Assembly: GCF_009914755.1 (NCBI RefSeq)
Contig: NC_060935.1
Reading direction: 5' to 3' (one strand)
From: the human T2T-CHM13v2.0 reference genome, Homo sapiens
Length of the DNA: 64,000 nt
Shown: piece after piece, positions 51,501-64,000 of the stretch
Layout: each line of letters begins with the position of its first letter
Position numbering within the stretch: the stretch's first letter is position 1
The notes under the pieces: model-generated
Database searches by the model: none
The model's input: only the letters and a program-made list of their open reading frames with translations
What the model was told of the DNA's origin: nothing
Program-made: the position numbers and the translations under genes

Positions 51501-51932
51501 AACACCTTCCTAAAATATGCCAATTTAATCCAAATTACCTTGACTACCAGTGCCAGGAGCAAATGTCTCATGTAACAATTCTTAAGAGCTTAGCTGCTTG
51601 AGAGGCAGTTGGCAGATAATGCCAGAGAAATCCTGTTTCTGGGTAAAGGGACTAGGTATAGTAGTGCACTATGTCAAGAATATAAGTTTAATCATCACTA
51701 ATCTTACTACTGGATGTCATGTAGTGGTTGGGTGGTTTAAAAGCAATGTGGCAAAGAAATGTTTGCCTTAGTTTTCTGACATATAAAATAGACCCAAGCA
51801 ATTCCATGACACGTTCAAGAGAATATCTTCTTGTGGCAAGGTTGGCCACATAAGCTCAGAGATGGCCTTATCTCACAGAGGAGATACAGCTTTCAGAAGT
51901 TAGAGAAAGCAAGCCATTTATATTTCTTTCTC

Positions 51933-52024
51933 TTTTTTTTTTTTTTTTTTTTTTTTGAGACAGATTCTCGCTCTGTCGCCCAGGCTAGAGTGCAGTGGCG
52001 CGATCTCAGCTCACTGCAACCTCC
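51933..52024 (-). mobile_element. Heavily 5'-truncated AluS/Y 3' end with T24 tail
   Basis: T24 followed by gagacagattctcgctctgtcgcccaggctagagtgcagtggcgcgatctc. Confidence 0.9.
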
Positions 52025-53022
52025 AAATTCTTAGCGATTTAAAATTTTTTAAAAAATAAATAATAAATGCCAAAAAAGAGTTGTGAAAATTTTAGAATAT
52101 AACTTTAAATATTATATTTAACAAATCAACACTTTCAACATGATTAAAATCATTGTGTGTGTGTGCATGTGTGTGTGTGTAAGAAAATATTGTAAACTGT
52201 AAACTGGAGGATCTTGGTAAATGTGAGGTCCAGGCTGAATAACCCTCTCCCCTAACCCCATACCTATCTCCCTCCTTTCCCTGACTAAGACCCACAGGAG
52301 GCCCCAGGACATGGGTGCTCTAGCTCCAATTTAAATATGATATACCTAATGTATTGATCTTGGGACTTAAGCTCACTGGGATAATATCTTACTCACATTA
52401 AGATCTGCATTGCTTTCTTAAAATGTTAAATCCTTTGTCTAGGATCAGATAATTCCCACAAAACTACAAGTGGAGTGATTACTAAATGGGAACCTTCTAA
52501 TCAGGAATTCCTACTTAAACATGTAAGTTGAACCTATAGCAAAACTTTCCTGGGACTGCTCATTTTGAATACTCATAATAGTCAAAGGGGATAGAATCAG
52601 CAGACAATAAAGGGAGATACTAGCAGAGGCCAGAGAACCAGCTTTGATGACCAAAATGCATTCTTATTTAAAATCACTGAGGGAGAAATCAGCTTTGAGA
52701 AGTTCAGTCATTTGTCCACATTCCCGCAGCTAGTAATTAGTTGAGGCAACATACACTCCTGTTGTCTGGTTCTAAGACCCACAGTCTTTCTGTTACACCT
52801 ACACTGGCTTACTGTATTCAGATATATTTGTTAAATTTACTTATTCATTTCATTCTTCTTTTCATGCAATCATACAGTTAATAAATAAATCTTTTGCTAA
52901 TCATAAAGGCACTGTGCTAGGTCTAGAGATACAGAGGGCAACAAAACAAGGCCACTGCACTCATGAAGCATACAGTCTAAGAAGACATAACGCAATGTTA
53001 AAAAGTTGATATTGATATAGGT

Positions 53023-53228
53023 CCAACCTGGGCAACATAGTGAGACCTCATCTCTACAAAAAATAAAAATTATTAGCAGGGCATGGAGGTGCATGCCTGT
53101 GGTCCCAGCTACTCAGGTGGCTGAGGTGGGAGGATCACTTGAGCCTGGGAGGTTGAGGCTGCAGTTAGCCATGACTGTGCCACTGCACTGTGGCCTAGGC
53201 AATAGAGTAAGACCCTGCCTCAAAAAGA
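53023..53228 (+). mobile_element. AluJ, partial
   Basis: cctgggcaacatagtgagacc...gaggatcacttgagcctgggaggttgaggctgcag. Confidence 0.9.
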
Positions 53229-53427
53229 AATGCTAATATATTTGTGCTGAAAAGAAATAGGGGGATTTGGACACTATACAACTCTAAGAAAAATGTTTCA
53301 AGCAGTAGTAACTAAACAAATGCAAGTGTTTGAGACAAGAGTAAAGAGATCAAGGCTGGTCTGGTTTCTACATATATTATTATTATACTTATGTAACTTT
53401 GTAAATTATTTCATCCAGCTTAATTTA

Positions 53428-53505
53428 GTAAATAGATGGTAGGTAAGTAGGTAGATAGACAGATATATGGATAGATGACTGATGGATGGTGATAGATAAA
53501 TAGAT
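53428..53505. repeat. Degenerate (TAGA/TGGA)n tetranucleotide tract
   Basis: Directly visible. Confidence 0.8.
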
Positions 53506-55901
53506 ATTAAGCCATACAGAAAGAGAGGCAGGGAAGGAAAGAGGAAAAGAAAACCACTCATAACTCAAAAGGAAAAAAGCAAGAACACTTTGGGCCATAT
53601 TCCTACTAGCACGCCCCAAATTTTCTTTAGCAGCATTACCAGAAATTGTTGCTGCTGTGACTGATGGTTTGATGGTCTAAGGCTAGGTCATTTGTTGTTA
53701 AGACTAAGCCACTCCTGTGTAACTTCTCTGGGAACCTAGTTTATGTTTCTGCCTTTACATTATTTCTCATCAAATGCAATTCTGAGCAGTAATCAAGCCT
53801 CTGCCAAAGCTGGGATGTGACAACGATGTAAATAGAGTGGATGTCAGAACTTCCACTTGTTTTCTGTTTTTAATATTATACTCTTCAACTTTCCCTGAGT
53901 TCAGACTGACCTTCTGGTTATTGATCTAAATTAGTGAACTGGGTATTTTATAGGTAGTCAAATGGAATCTATCATCCCTTAACGTATATCATATTCTTTA
54001 GGCACATGGCATGAGAGTGCATTTAAACAGATGGCAGGACAAAGCATAGATGGGTTAGTCAGAGACCACTCATTCTCTGAAGGATATTTCTACCTTTACC
54101 ATCAGAGGGCAGAAACTTAAACCCAAATATACCAGCTATTCTGTTCTAAGCCTAAAAAGAATATATATTCGAGAAATGGATCTCCTCATATCCCCAGGCT
54201 TTTTTATCCTTATTACTTTTTAAATTAAAAGAATTTCATTTTGGCTTTCTTTATTACTCCTTCACGAATCCATTCCATTAACACTTGTTAAGAACATTCC
54301 ATGTTCCAATTGCTAGTGAAGGGCTAAGGAAAAAAAAAAAATCCATGAGCCATTGGTCCTGCCCTGCAGAAGCTCTGTTCATTTGCAAACTCCTGGGCGA
54401 GCCCAGGCAGAAAGGCATGTCTGTTCACCGTGTATTTTGTAAGAGTCCCACCAGTCTAAGCAGACTTGTTTATTTAACTGTCTTATATAGCTGCATATTC
54501 TAGGTCTCTAGTTCTGTCTGGGCTTAGGTTTCCATAATTCACATGAATTTTCAGTTTCACATTTCTGTAATTCCTTGTATCAAATGAAAACATAGAAGCA
54601 CTCAGAAAAATAATAGCTCACATCTTTGAAAAATGTAAGAAAGTGGAATAGCAATAAGGAAAAAGGCCTTATTAATACCAATTTTATTATCTTAGCTCTA
54701 TCTTAAATAAGTGGAAGTGGGTACTAAGGAATGGATTTGGCTTTCTAGAAACAGATGTTACTCTCATTTGGGTACTAGAGTTTAACAACTGCTTTTGGAA
54801 GTACCAAACAATGTTATCTAATTTCTTTATGAAACCAACACTTTTTAATAATTATGGACCAGGAACTGTGCCAGACACTAGTGATAAACAGATAAATGTG
54901 ACCCAGTTCCTATCCTCAAAGAACTGTGCTTATCAGCTACCTCCTAAGGCAGTTCATTATTCCTTGTGGCTTCGTAAGTGTTGGTACTTACTACCTCCTA
55001 AAAATGTATCTCACCAGACGACATTGTCAGGATGATAATGCATCTCTACCCTAAGCCCTAGACCAGAATTACTCAGGAGCTTACAGAAATCTGGAAATAA
55101 AAACAAGTAAGCAAGGGCATCACACTGCAGGCTCTAATTGAGTCCATAGGAAATGTGCAGCCTGCCTCTTAATTTGGAAGCCAAACACAGATTGCAAACA
55201 CTTACAGGAAGAAACAGTTTTTGGAGGTTATAGAGGAAAGTGATGAATGATGAACAAAATGTGATTTTGAGGGTTGTGAAAGGCCTGGGGAATGATGAGT
55301 CACATCATCCTGATAAGATGTCAGAAAACCAGATTTGACTTTTCTAACACTTCCTCCCTAAAAGGCCTAGAGAAAGGAGTGGTATCATTCAATTCTATCA
55401 GCACTGTGTTCATAATATTTAATAAGCTTTCATTATCCTCAAACAACCCTTGTCAGAGAAACTTATGGCACAAGGAGAAATGGAAAAGAGCATTGGTAGC
55501 AGACTGTTTATTTAGAATCTTGGATCATTTACTTAATTAACCTCCTTGGTCCTCAGTTTCCTAACTTACAAAATGTGGATAATTTGGTTGTTTGGATTCA
55601 ATGGCATAATGAATGTATTGCACCTAGATAATGTATGTAGAGCACATTGCCTGGATCAATAAATGTTGACTGCCTAACAAAAAGATTTTAAGATTCACGT
55701 GAGGCATGCCTGAGGAGATATTTGTGAAGCTAATGGCTATACTTAACAGCAGTCAGAATATTTTGGCCAATAGCAAGTAAAAAACAGATTTGTAAATAAT
55801 AACGGTTGGAATATAAGCTAAGTGTTTAGGTGATAGGCAAAAGTCCCAGAAATAAGAAGAGAGCATTGCACTGAACTCAATACATCCCCCGAGAGGGGCT
55901 G

Positions 55902-56450
55902 TGTAGTGGACAACTCTTATTCTTTGTGGCCATTCAGGACCTTTTGAATATCCTTCCTATGGCCACAGAATCTCCTTGCTTGTGAGAGCTGCCTCCCAAG
56001 AAAGAAGCCAGGAACTTACTTGTCTTGCTTCCCTTGCAACTAGAAAGCAAGCATGTGACCTGAACTTAATTGATAAGATGCTTCTGAGCAAGATCCCAAT
56101 TCAGAAGAGAGTGTCATAAAGGGAGAAGTCACCATTCAGGATCTAGTCAGGTGAAGATCGAGAGAGATCCATATTTCAGAGGAAGTAGCATCTGGAGAGG
56201 AGCAGAGACCCTACTGGAAGCATTCTTAGCCCAGAATTCATGAGGAATTGGAAGCACCTGTGCCAGGTGAGCACCGAGGTAAGGGCTCTACAGGAACAGC
56301 AGGTGGAATGATTTGGGTGATGTTCCTGGCTACATGGCTGCCAAGCCTTACTCTACAGCCCTTCCAGATTCTATAAGTTATCTCATTGCCTTTTCTGCTA
56401 AACTAACTAGAGTGCATTCTGGATATTTGTGACCAAGTACCCTGGCTGAC
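55902..56450 (+). mobile_element. LTR33-like ERVL LTR
   Basis: tgtagtggaca...cccttgcaactagaaagcaagcatgtgacct...ttctgctaaactaactagagtg. Confidence 0.7.
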
Positions 56451-56759
56451 ATATGTTCTTTAATAGACTTCTTGCCCATGTGTAGAATTGCACCGTAAAC
56501 AGGCAGTTCAAAAGGAAATGTGGGTAACTGCTCCTGCCTAGAGAAGGGAGTAAAGGAGAGAAAACTCTGAATCTGACCCTCTGAACACCTCTCAATCAGT
56601 TTTCCTTTGATTCCATTGACTTGAATCAATCTTTTATTGACTTCTTGCCAAAGTTGACTAGTTTTATGCTACCCATGTAAATTAGATGTTTTCATTTATA
56701 TTCTCAAGGCTGACATGACTATCTGGGTGTGTCTCATGCCCTTGATATAATCCTCCCAA

Positions 56760-57550
56760 CTTTCGTTCAGCAGACGTTACTTGAGCCCCTGCTATAAGGC
56801 AGGCAGTGTTCTAGGCATTGGAAATATAATAATAAACAACAGAGATAAGTCCTTGTCATCATAAAATACAGTGCAGTTTAATGATATACGTACTACACAA
56901 ACAATACCACAAAAAGCAAAGCATTATTAAAATTAATAACCAATAATGTGTTAGGGTGTTAAAAAATAATAACACCAATAATGTGTCTGAGAATTATTAA
57001 GGAAAGGCGTAGGGAACAGGAGGTATATTTTAGATTGTGTGTAAATCCCTTTGTGAGGAGGTGTTATTTGGGCTGAGACCTCAGTGATGATGCAGAACCA
57101 TCCATGAGAACATCTGAAGAACATCTTCTTCCAAACAGAAGTAGCAGTAAGTGAAAGTTCCTAAGATAGATACAAGCTTGGCAGGCCCAAGTCTGAGTTG
57201 ACATATTAAGGCTGAGGTACTAGTAAGTCATCAAAGTGTATCTGTCCAGCAAGAAATTGCATGCATGAATCATCTGAAGCATAAAGAAGTGGTCGAGACA
57301 GAGAATATTGTTTGTATCATCAGAACACTGGTGGTAATTAAAAAACAATGAGAATTGATGAGATTACCCAACCAGAGCAAGTACAGTGAAAAGCAAATGG
57401 GGTCAAGGATGGAACTCTGGACAACCCAAATATTTAACGGGCCCATAGAAGAGAAGGGATCTGTGAAAAGAGAGAGAAAAGTCCAAGAAGGAGAAGGAAA
57501 ATGAGTATTGTGTCACAGAATTCAAGAAAATGGGATTTCAAAAAGTAATA
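56760..57550 (-). mobile_element. L2 fragments
   Basis: ttacttgagcccctgctataaggcaggcagtgttctaggcattgg...gaggaggtgttatttgggctgagacct. Confidence 0.75.
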
Positions 57551-57603
57551 AGAGGTTGCAGGTTAGACAAACGTATCCCTTTTATGTCAAAAAAATGTAA
57601 AAG

Positions 57604-57636
57604 GGTGTGTGGGTGTGTGTGTGTGTGTGTGTGTGT
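57604..57636. repeat. (TG)n microsatellite
   Basis: Directly visible, one interruption. Confidence 0.9.
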
Positions 57637-60600
57637 ACACAAATAGAAAATATCTGAGAGTTGCTTATAAAGAAAATATTAATAGTGGTTATCACTAAGG
57701 AGTTGAATTGAGAGAGAAAGAAGAGTGAGGGAAACTTCATGTCCCCTTCATACTTCTCTCTTTTTATAGTAAGCATATATTTTATAATTTTGTGTGTTAG
57801 CGAGGGTCACATGTGGGAACCATCTTCTATATGGGGGCTAGTGAGTGCCCACTAGATGTGGCCATGGAGACAAGCAGCCCAGCATCTCTAGACATGGAAC
57901 CCAAACCCAAGACATTTGAGGGAGATTCTTGGATTTCTAACAGAAGTCTTAGCAAGGTATGCTATTCAGAAGGCAAAACAAGCATATCATACATGAAGAT
58001 GAATTTCTCCCACACATACCGTCAGATCTTTAACATCATAACAAATGCACATCCTTTCATTGTTCATCTCAACCACCCAAACTGAAAATACCAGTTTTTG
58101 GAAACAGCATGCTAACATATAATATATACTAAATCTATGTTCAGGCACCATTACTTACCAGTTTGCTTCCCGTGGAGGAAATGAAACTATACCAAGCCAG
58201 CAGACATTTATTCATTCATCAAACACATACTGAGTACCTATATTATGTCTACACGATGGTATTCTACTAAGAAATGGGGAAAGAGAATGAATTACAGTCA
58301 ACAGAAGATGCAAAAGACCCCACAATGAAGGTCGGCCAAGGTAGCCATGAGACCACAGATGCACCACAAGGTATACTGATCACAGGAATACATATTTTCT
58401 CTCTCTCCCGAGACCCAACCCCAAAATGGTGGAAATATCCTCCCAAGAAAGAAGTGAGATTTAGCATTAGTCACTTGGAGTAATAGGAGTAATAGTTGAC
58501 TACATAACTACAAACAGGTTTCAGTGATGTAGCATTCCACTTCTGAAAGTTTACCAGCTTCTAATTCCAGGCCATATGACTGCCATAATATGCTATGGGA
58601 CTCTAGAGGAGGGAGAGTTTGCTTTCAGATAAACATATACCACCTCATTGTAAAAACAATTTAATGGATACATGTTGTCACAGGCTTAATCTCCAAAAAC
58701 AATTTGGGGTATAATTTAAGTGAAAAAATACATAATGGATAATATTATATTAAGTGCTGTGTTCTAAAGGTAATGCAATTCTAACCACTGAGCTACAATA
58801 AAGGAATTGCCTAAAGTCTTTAAAAGCTAACGAAGAAACGTTAAATAGTGCACAAATCAGCATACCACCTGCCAATGAAATAAACTGCTTTTGAAATGCT
58901 GCTGAAATTGGGTAAAAAGAATAAATGGGATTTTATTGTAAATTCATAGCTCAGTTTGTTCCCTGAAATGTTAACTTTGAGCCATAATGATGTATTCTCA
59001 TTAATTACTAGCTGTGATTTTTACCCCAACCAGGTCTTTGTGCTGGAGACAAGGAGGACTGTAGTTATCACCATTAATTAAAATCAATTATATAAAAGGA
59101 ATTAGAAAGTACCCGCTTCATAAAAGATAACGGGGAAACAGGAACTGTAGGGAGTAGGTTGCCACTTTCCTTAGGAAAATCATTCTGAACAAGAACTGGG
59201 AAGAAAACAAATGTAATAATTATGCCAAGGCCGTTTAAGAGAAACTTTGGGGGACCTTGTGGAAAGTGTTTGTTTCAGTGCTGTTGACATTCTTATAATA
59301 TGTAGGAGTTTCTAAACACTGGACTTCTAATATTTCTTTTATTAAGAGTTTCCAAAATATGAATTCTCTTCCTTTTCACAGATCATACTGTGCTTTCTTT
59401 GATTCACCTATATATCAAGCAGCTATGTAAAAGAGCTTCTGCTTCCAGGGAAATGGCCCTGGACACAGGAAGAGATATGCTTCACATTTTGGCAGTCAGC
59501 TGCCCACAGACTTGCATAATTGTCTTTGCATCTGCACAGTTTGAAAGATGCAAACAAGGTCCCAGTCTTGAGAATTTAGATGTTGCCTCAACTTAGGTAT
59601 TCACTCACGTGACTGCGCTTCTCCATATGGACTTAGCCACATCTTGAAAACAGCCATTTCTTCTGGTTTCCACCAAATGGAACAGGAAATAGCTGGGCTC
59701 TTTTACCTCCACCCCAGTACCTCTACTTTAATTCATTCAGGGTGCAACTGGGCTCTAGGAGTTTTCAAACAGATGGTCTGATGAATTGAAGCAATACAAA
59801 TAGCAACCCACACAAGAGTTTAGAGATGCAAAGGACCTTAACTTTCTGATGAGCTGTAGTTTTGAGAGCTTGAAGAAGTCCAGTTTCCTCATTTTGCATA
59901 AGAAAGCTGAGGTCCCCCAAAAAACCTCTTGTGAACAAACTGAATAGTGCTTAGCCACTGCCATAAACCTGTAGCACAGCAGCAGAGTCATACCCGTATG
60001 TACATAGAGATAGGAGAGAGGGGTGAGAATCTGCAACAGTAAAATACACAGATAAAAAGTACTTTATTAATTTGATGAGCATTAACAAATGCATATGCAC
60101 ATTAACCTATGTTCCTGTCAAGATATAGAAGAGTTCTGTTAGCTTAGAAAAGTTGTCTTGTGCCCCCTTGAAGTAAATCTCCCTCTGCTCTCACCCGGGC
60201 AATCACTGATCTTATTTCTGTCAACATAGATTGGTTTTTTCTGTTCCAGAGCTTCACATAAATGGAAGAGTATAGTATGTACACTTTTACATATGGCTTC
60301 TTTCACTCAGTATAATGCTTTTAAGATTCATTTATGTTGTTGACACCATAAGTCATTTCTCCTTTGCTGAGTAGTATGCTATTATATAAATGTACCATAC
60401 TATGTTCATCTATTGTCTTGATAATGAATATTTGAGTTGTTTTCAGATTTGAGCTATAAACATTCATGCACAGGTCTTTCTGTATAACATGTTTTCATTT
60501 CTCTTTGACTTCTACCTACAACTGGACATAGAGTAGGTGTATGTTTAAATTTATGAGAATATGGCAGATTATTTTTCAAAGTGATTGCACCATTTTACAC

Positions 60601-61095
60601 TCCTGCTAGTTCCAAAACTTGGTCAACATTTGATGTCATCAGTCTTTTTAATTTTATCATACAAATGGATGTGTAGTGGTATTTCATTGTGGTTTTAATT
60701 TGCATTTCTCTGATGACTAATGATATTGAACAATTTTTCATGTGCTTATTAACCATTCAAATATCTGCCTTTGTGAAGTATCTATTCAAGTCTTCTGCTC
60801 ACTTGTAAATTTGGTTGCCTCTATTATCAAATTGTAGGCATTCTTTATATATTCTGGATATAAGTCCTTTGTCAAATATATAGATTACAAATATTGTTTT
60901 CTAGTCTGTAAATTCACTATTCATTTTCTTAACAATGATCTTAAGAGGTTTGATCTTCTAATAACCAAAAGTGCTTAAATTGAAAAAATTCCATTTGTCA
61001 TTGTTTTGTTCTTTATAGCTACTGCTTTCTGGGTCCACCTAAGAAATGAAAACTAATTAAAGATTTCAAAAATGTTTCCTATGTTTTTTTCTAAA

Positions 61096-61765
61096 TAGTG
61101 TTTCTCAACCTTTTATCCATGTGATTTTTAAAAAACAAACAAAGCAAAACAGCAACAAAAACCTTGCATTAATTTCCTAGGGTTGCCATAACAAAATTAC
61201 AAACTGGTTGGCTTAAAACAACAGGAATGTATTCTCTCATAGTTCTGGAGGCTGGATCCAAAATTAAGATGTCAGCAGAGCAGAGCCATGCTCTCTTTGA
61301 CAGCTCTAGAGGGGGATCCTACCGTGCCTCTTTGTAGCTTCTGTTGGTTTATCAGGAATCCTTGGTGCTCCTTGGCTCATAGAAGCTTCACTCCAGTTTC
61401 TGACTCATCTTCATGTGGCCTTCTCCCCATATGTCTGTGTCTGTTCATTTTACTTTTTTTTATAAAGACATCGGTCATATTGAATTAGGAGCCCACCTTA
61501 CTCCAGTATACTCACATCTTAACTTATACCTTAATTATATCTGCAAAGATCCTATTTCCAAATAGGGTCATATTCACAGGTACCAGGGTTAGGACTTCAA
61601 CACATTAAAAAAAAAAAAAAAAATCAACCCACAACACTCACAAATGAATCTTCTCTAGATGCTTTTTTCCTGATTACCCCAACATGAAATGTAAATACCA
61701 CAGATTGACTGTATATCTGTTTATGTACTATAGTTCTTTTGAGGGCCACTAACTACAGTAATACC
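61096..61765. mobile_element. hAT-Charlie-type DNA transposon remnant split by MLT1B
   Basis: Starts tagtgtttctcaacctt; resumes after the LTR with aataccacaga..actgtatatctgtttatgtact...gagggccac. Confidence 0.55.
61165..61636 (-). mobile_element. MLT1B/C-like LTR
   Basis: ttcctagggttgccataacaaa...ggcttaaaacaacagg...atctgcaaagatcctatttccaaatagggtca...tcaacccacaaca. Confidence 0.88.
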
Positions 61766-63268
61766 TATCTTTATACCAGTACCTCACTGTGTCTATATAT
61801 GTAGCTTTGCAGTAAGGTTCTTACTTTTTAAAAATCATTTTGGCTATTTTACATTCTTTGCATTTCTAAGTAAATTTTAGAATCAACATGTCAATTGCTA
61901 TCAAGGAAAACAAACCTACTGGGTTTTTCCTGAGATTACATTGAATATATAGATTAATTTGGAGAGAATGATCATTTTAGCAATACTGAGCCTCCCAATC
62001 CATGGTCATAGCATATCTTGTCATTTATTTAGATCTTCATTAATTTCTCTTAGCAGTGTCTTGTGGTTTTCAGTATACAGATATTACATATCTTTTGTTA
62101 ATTTAATCCTAAGTGTTTTGTAGTTTTAGATACTATTCTAAATGATGTTGTTTTTACATGTTCATTTTACAGAAGATCATTGCCAGTATATAGAAATACA
62201 ATTCTTTTGTATATTAACAAAATTGAATCCTATAACCTTGATGAGCTCACTTATTAGTTCTAGTGGTTTTACATAGATTCTCTAGGATTGTCTATGTTCA
62301 CAATATGTTGTCTATAGAGAAAGACACTTTTTTTCTCCTTTTTCAATGGATATGCTTTTGATTTCTTTTGCTTACTTTATTACTCTGGCTAAATCTTCCA
62401 ACATAATGTCAAATAGAATAAGAATTAATACATTTGTTTTGTTTCCAATCTTAGAAGGAGATTTTCAGATTTCACCATTAAGTATAATGTTAGCTGTAAG
62501 TTTGTTACAGATGCCCTTTATCAGACTAAGAAAATTTCTACTTCCAGTCTGCTGACAGTTTTTTTTAAATAAATGAGTGTTAAAAAATTATAAATATATT
62601 TTCCTCTGTATATTGAGATCATATGATTTTTGTCCTTTTTTTAAGTGTGGTGTATTCCATTAACTAATTTTCAAATCTTAAACCACCTTATATTTATGAA
62701 ATAAACACCACTTGTTAATAATGTATTCTTCTTTTTATATTTTGCTAAATTTAATCTGCTGATAATTTGATAAGAATTGTGCATCTATACTTATAAAGAA
62801 TATTAGTTTGTAGTTTGCTTGTAATGTCATTGGTTTTGGTGTCAAGGTTATTCTGGCCTCATAAAATGAATTGAAAATTATTATCTCCTTCTTTAAAATA
62901 AAAATGTTTAATATTAATATTATTTTTCCTTAAATGTTTGGTAGAATTAACCCATGCAACCAGCTGAGCTTTCCTTAGAAAAAAAGTTTTAGATTATCAA
63001 TTCAATATCTTTCATAAATATGTCTATTCAGATTTTCTATTTCTTCTTGTATGAGCTTTGTTAATTTGTATCTTTCAAGGAATTTGTTCATTTTATCTAC
63101 GCTGTTGAATTTACTGACAAATTTGTACATAATAATCTCTTTTCATCCCTTGAATGCCTGTAGGCCCTGTAATAATTGCTTCATCAATTCCTTACATGGG
63201 TGATTTTCATTTTCTTTCTTTTTTCCAAAGTCTATATCATCCAGTGTTTTATTAAAAAAAAAAAAAAA

Positions 63269-63541
63269 TTTGAGACAGGTTCCCATTCTGTCACCCAGGC
63301 TGAAGTGCAGAGGCATGAAACCGGCTCACAACAGCCTCAACATCCCGGGCTCAGGTGATTGTCCCACCTCAGTCTTCCGAGTAGCTGGGACTACAGGCAC
63401 GCACCACTATGCCCAGCTAATTTTTGTATTCTTTATAGAGACAGGGTTTTTCCGTGTTTCCCAGGCTGGTCTCAAACTGCAGCGCTCAACTGATCCACAC
63501 ACCTTGGTCTCCCAAAGTGCTGGGATCCACCGTGCCCAGCC
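63269..63541 (-). mobile_element. AluJ-like
   Basis: gagacagg...ctgtcacccaggctg...gtagctgggactacaggc...cccaaagtgctggga. Confidence 0.92.
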
Positions 63542-63797
63542 TCAAATTTTTGTAACTTTTTAAAGAACCAACTTTTAGCTTCATTGCTTTTCTTTATTAT
63601 TTATATATTTTCTATTTAATTGATTACACCTTGTACTTTTATTATTTCCTTTGTTTTAGTTTAATTTACTCTTGTTTTCCTATTTGCTTAAAGTGAAAAC
63701 TTTTGTTATTGATTTTAAATCTGTTTTCTTTTTCAATGGAAGTAGTAAAGCTACAAACTTCTGCGTACTGCCTTAGGAGCATCTCGTGAGTTATTAT

Positions 63798-64000
63798 TGT
63801 TAGCCCAAGTGGTGCCGTCCTATAAAACCTCGCCATTTTGCACACCGTGGTCAGGGTGGAAAATTCCACAGAGCGGCTTGGGCTGTGAGAACTGCAGGAA
63901 ATTCCTGCCATATCACATACTGCCGAGCAGCTAGCCACCTCCGCCGTCCAAACCCAGTCTGTAAGTGGGACCTGGGCTCTGGCACTTGCTGGTGTTTCCC
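63798..64000 (+). mobile_element. ERVL-class LTR (LTR32/LTR47-like), running off the window end
   Basis: Abrupt switch from L1 to GC-rich tgttagcccaag...cgccattttgcacaccgtggtcagggtggaaaattcc, resembling recalled ERVL LTR starts. Confidence 0.55.

Larger units (their letters stand above)
60045..63792 (-). mobile_element. L1M (MB/MC/MD-type) 3' UTR and ORF2, interrupted by hAT, MLT1 and Alu insertions
   Basis: tttcattgtggttttaatttgcatttctctgatgactaatgat...ttcaccattaagtataatgttagctgta...ctggcctcataaaatga. Confidence 0.88.

Noticed and set aside
57845-57862. CTCF-like motif ccactagatgtggc
   Set aside because: Mismatches fall in the informative 3' core; not supportable without ChIP data.
58153-58161. 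Minus-strand consensus donor CTG|GTAAGT
   Set aside because: No convincing upstream acceptor or exon; an isolated motif is expected by chance.

Overview
This is primate (human-like) non-coding genomic DNA, not prokaryotic: AT-rich, CpG-depleted and dense in interspersed repeats (Alu, L1, HAL1, L2, MIR, CR1/L3, MaLR/ERV1/ERVL solo LTRs, hAT and Tigger-type DNA transposons). I find no supportable intact protein-coding gene, structural RNA gene or CRISPR array; the ORF track mostly reflects repeats and chance. Two minus-strand processed pseudogenes lie about 1 kb apart: a near full-length RPS17 retrocopy (~11551-12038) and an older PCNP retrocopy (~12965-13608). The most unusual features are structural: a ~43-bp internal inversion in the RPS17 retrocopy, a tiny twin-primed inverted L1 with an 18-bp TSD, an unexplained 51-bp direct repeat, two imperfect palindromes, two CpG-retaining solo LTRs, and several plus-strand exon-like segments that could belong to a lncRNA. 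I see no evidence for a new biological system. Repeat subfamily names come from recalled consensus sequences, boundaries of old elements are approximate, and both need RepeatMasker/Dfam confirmation. I could not identify the chromosomal locus.
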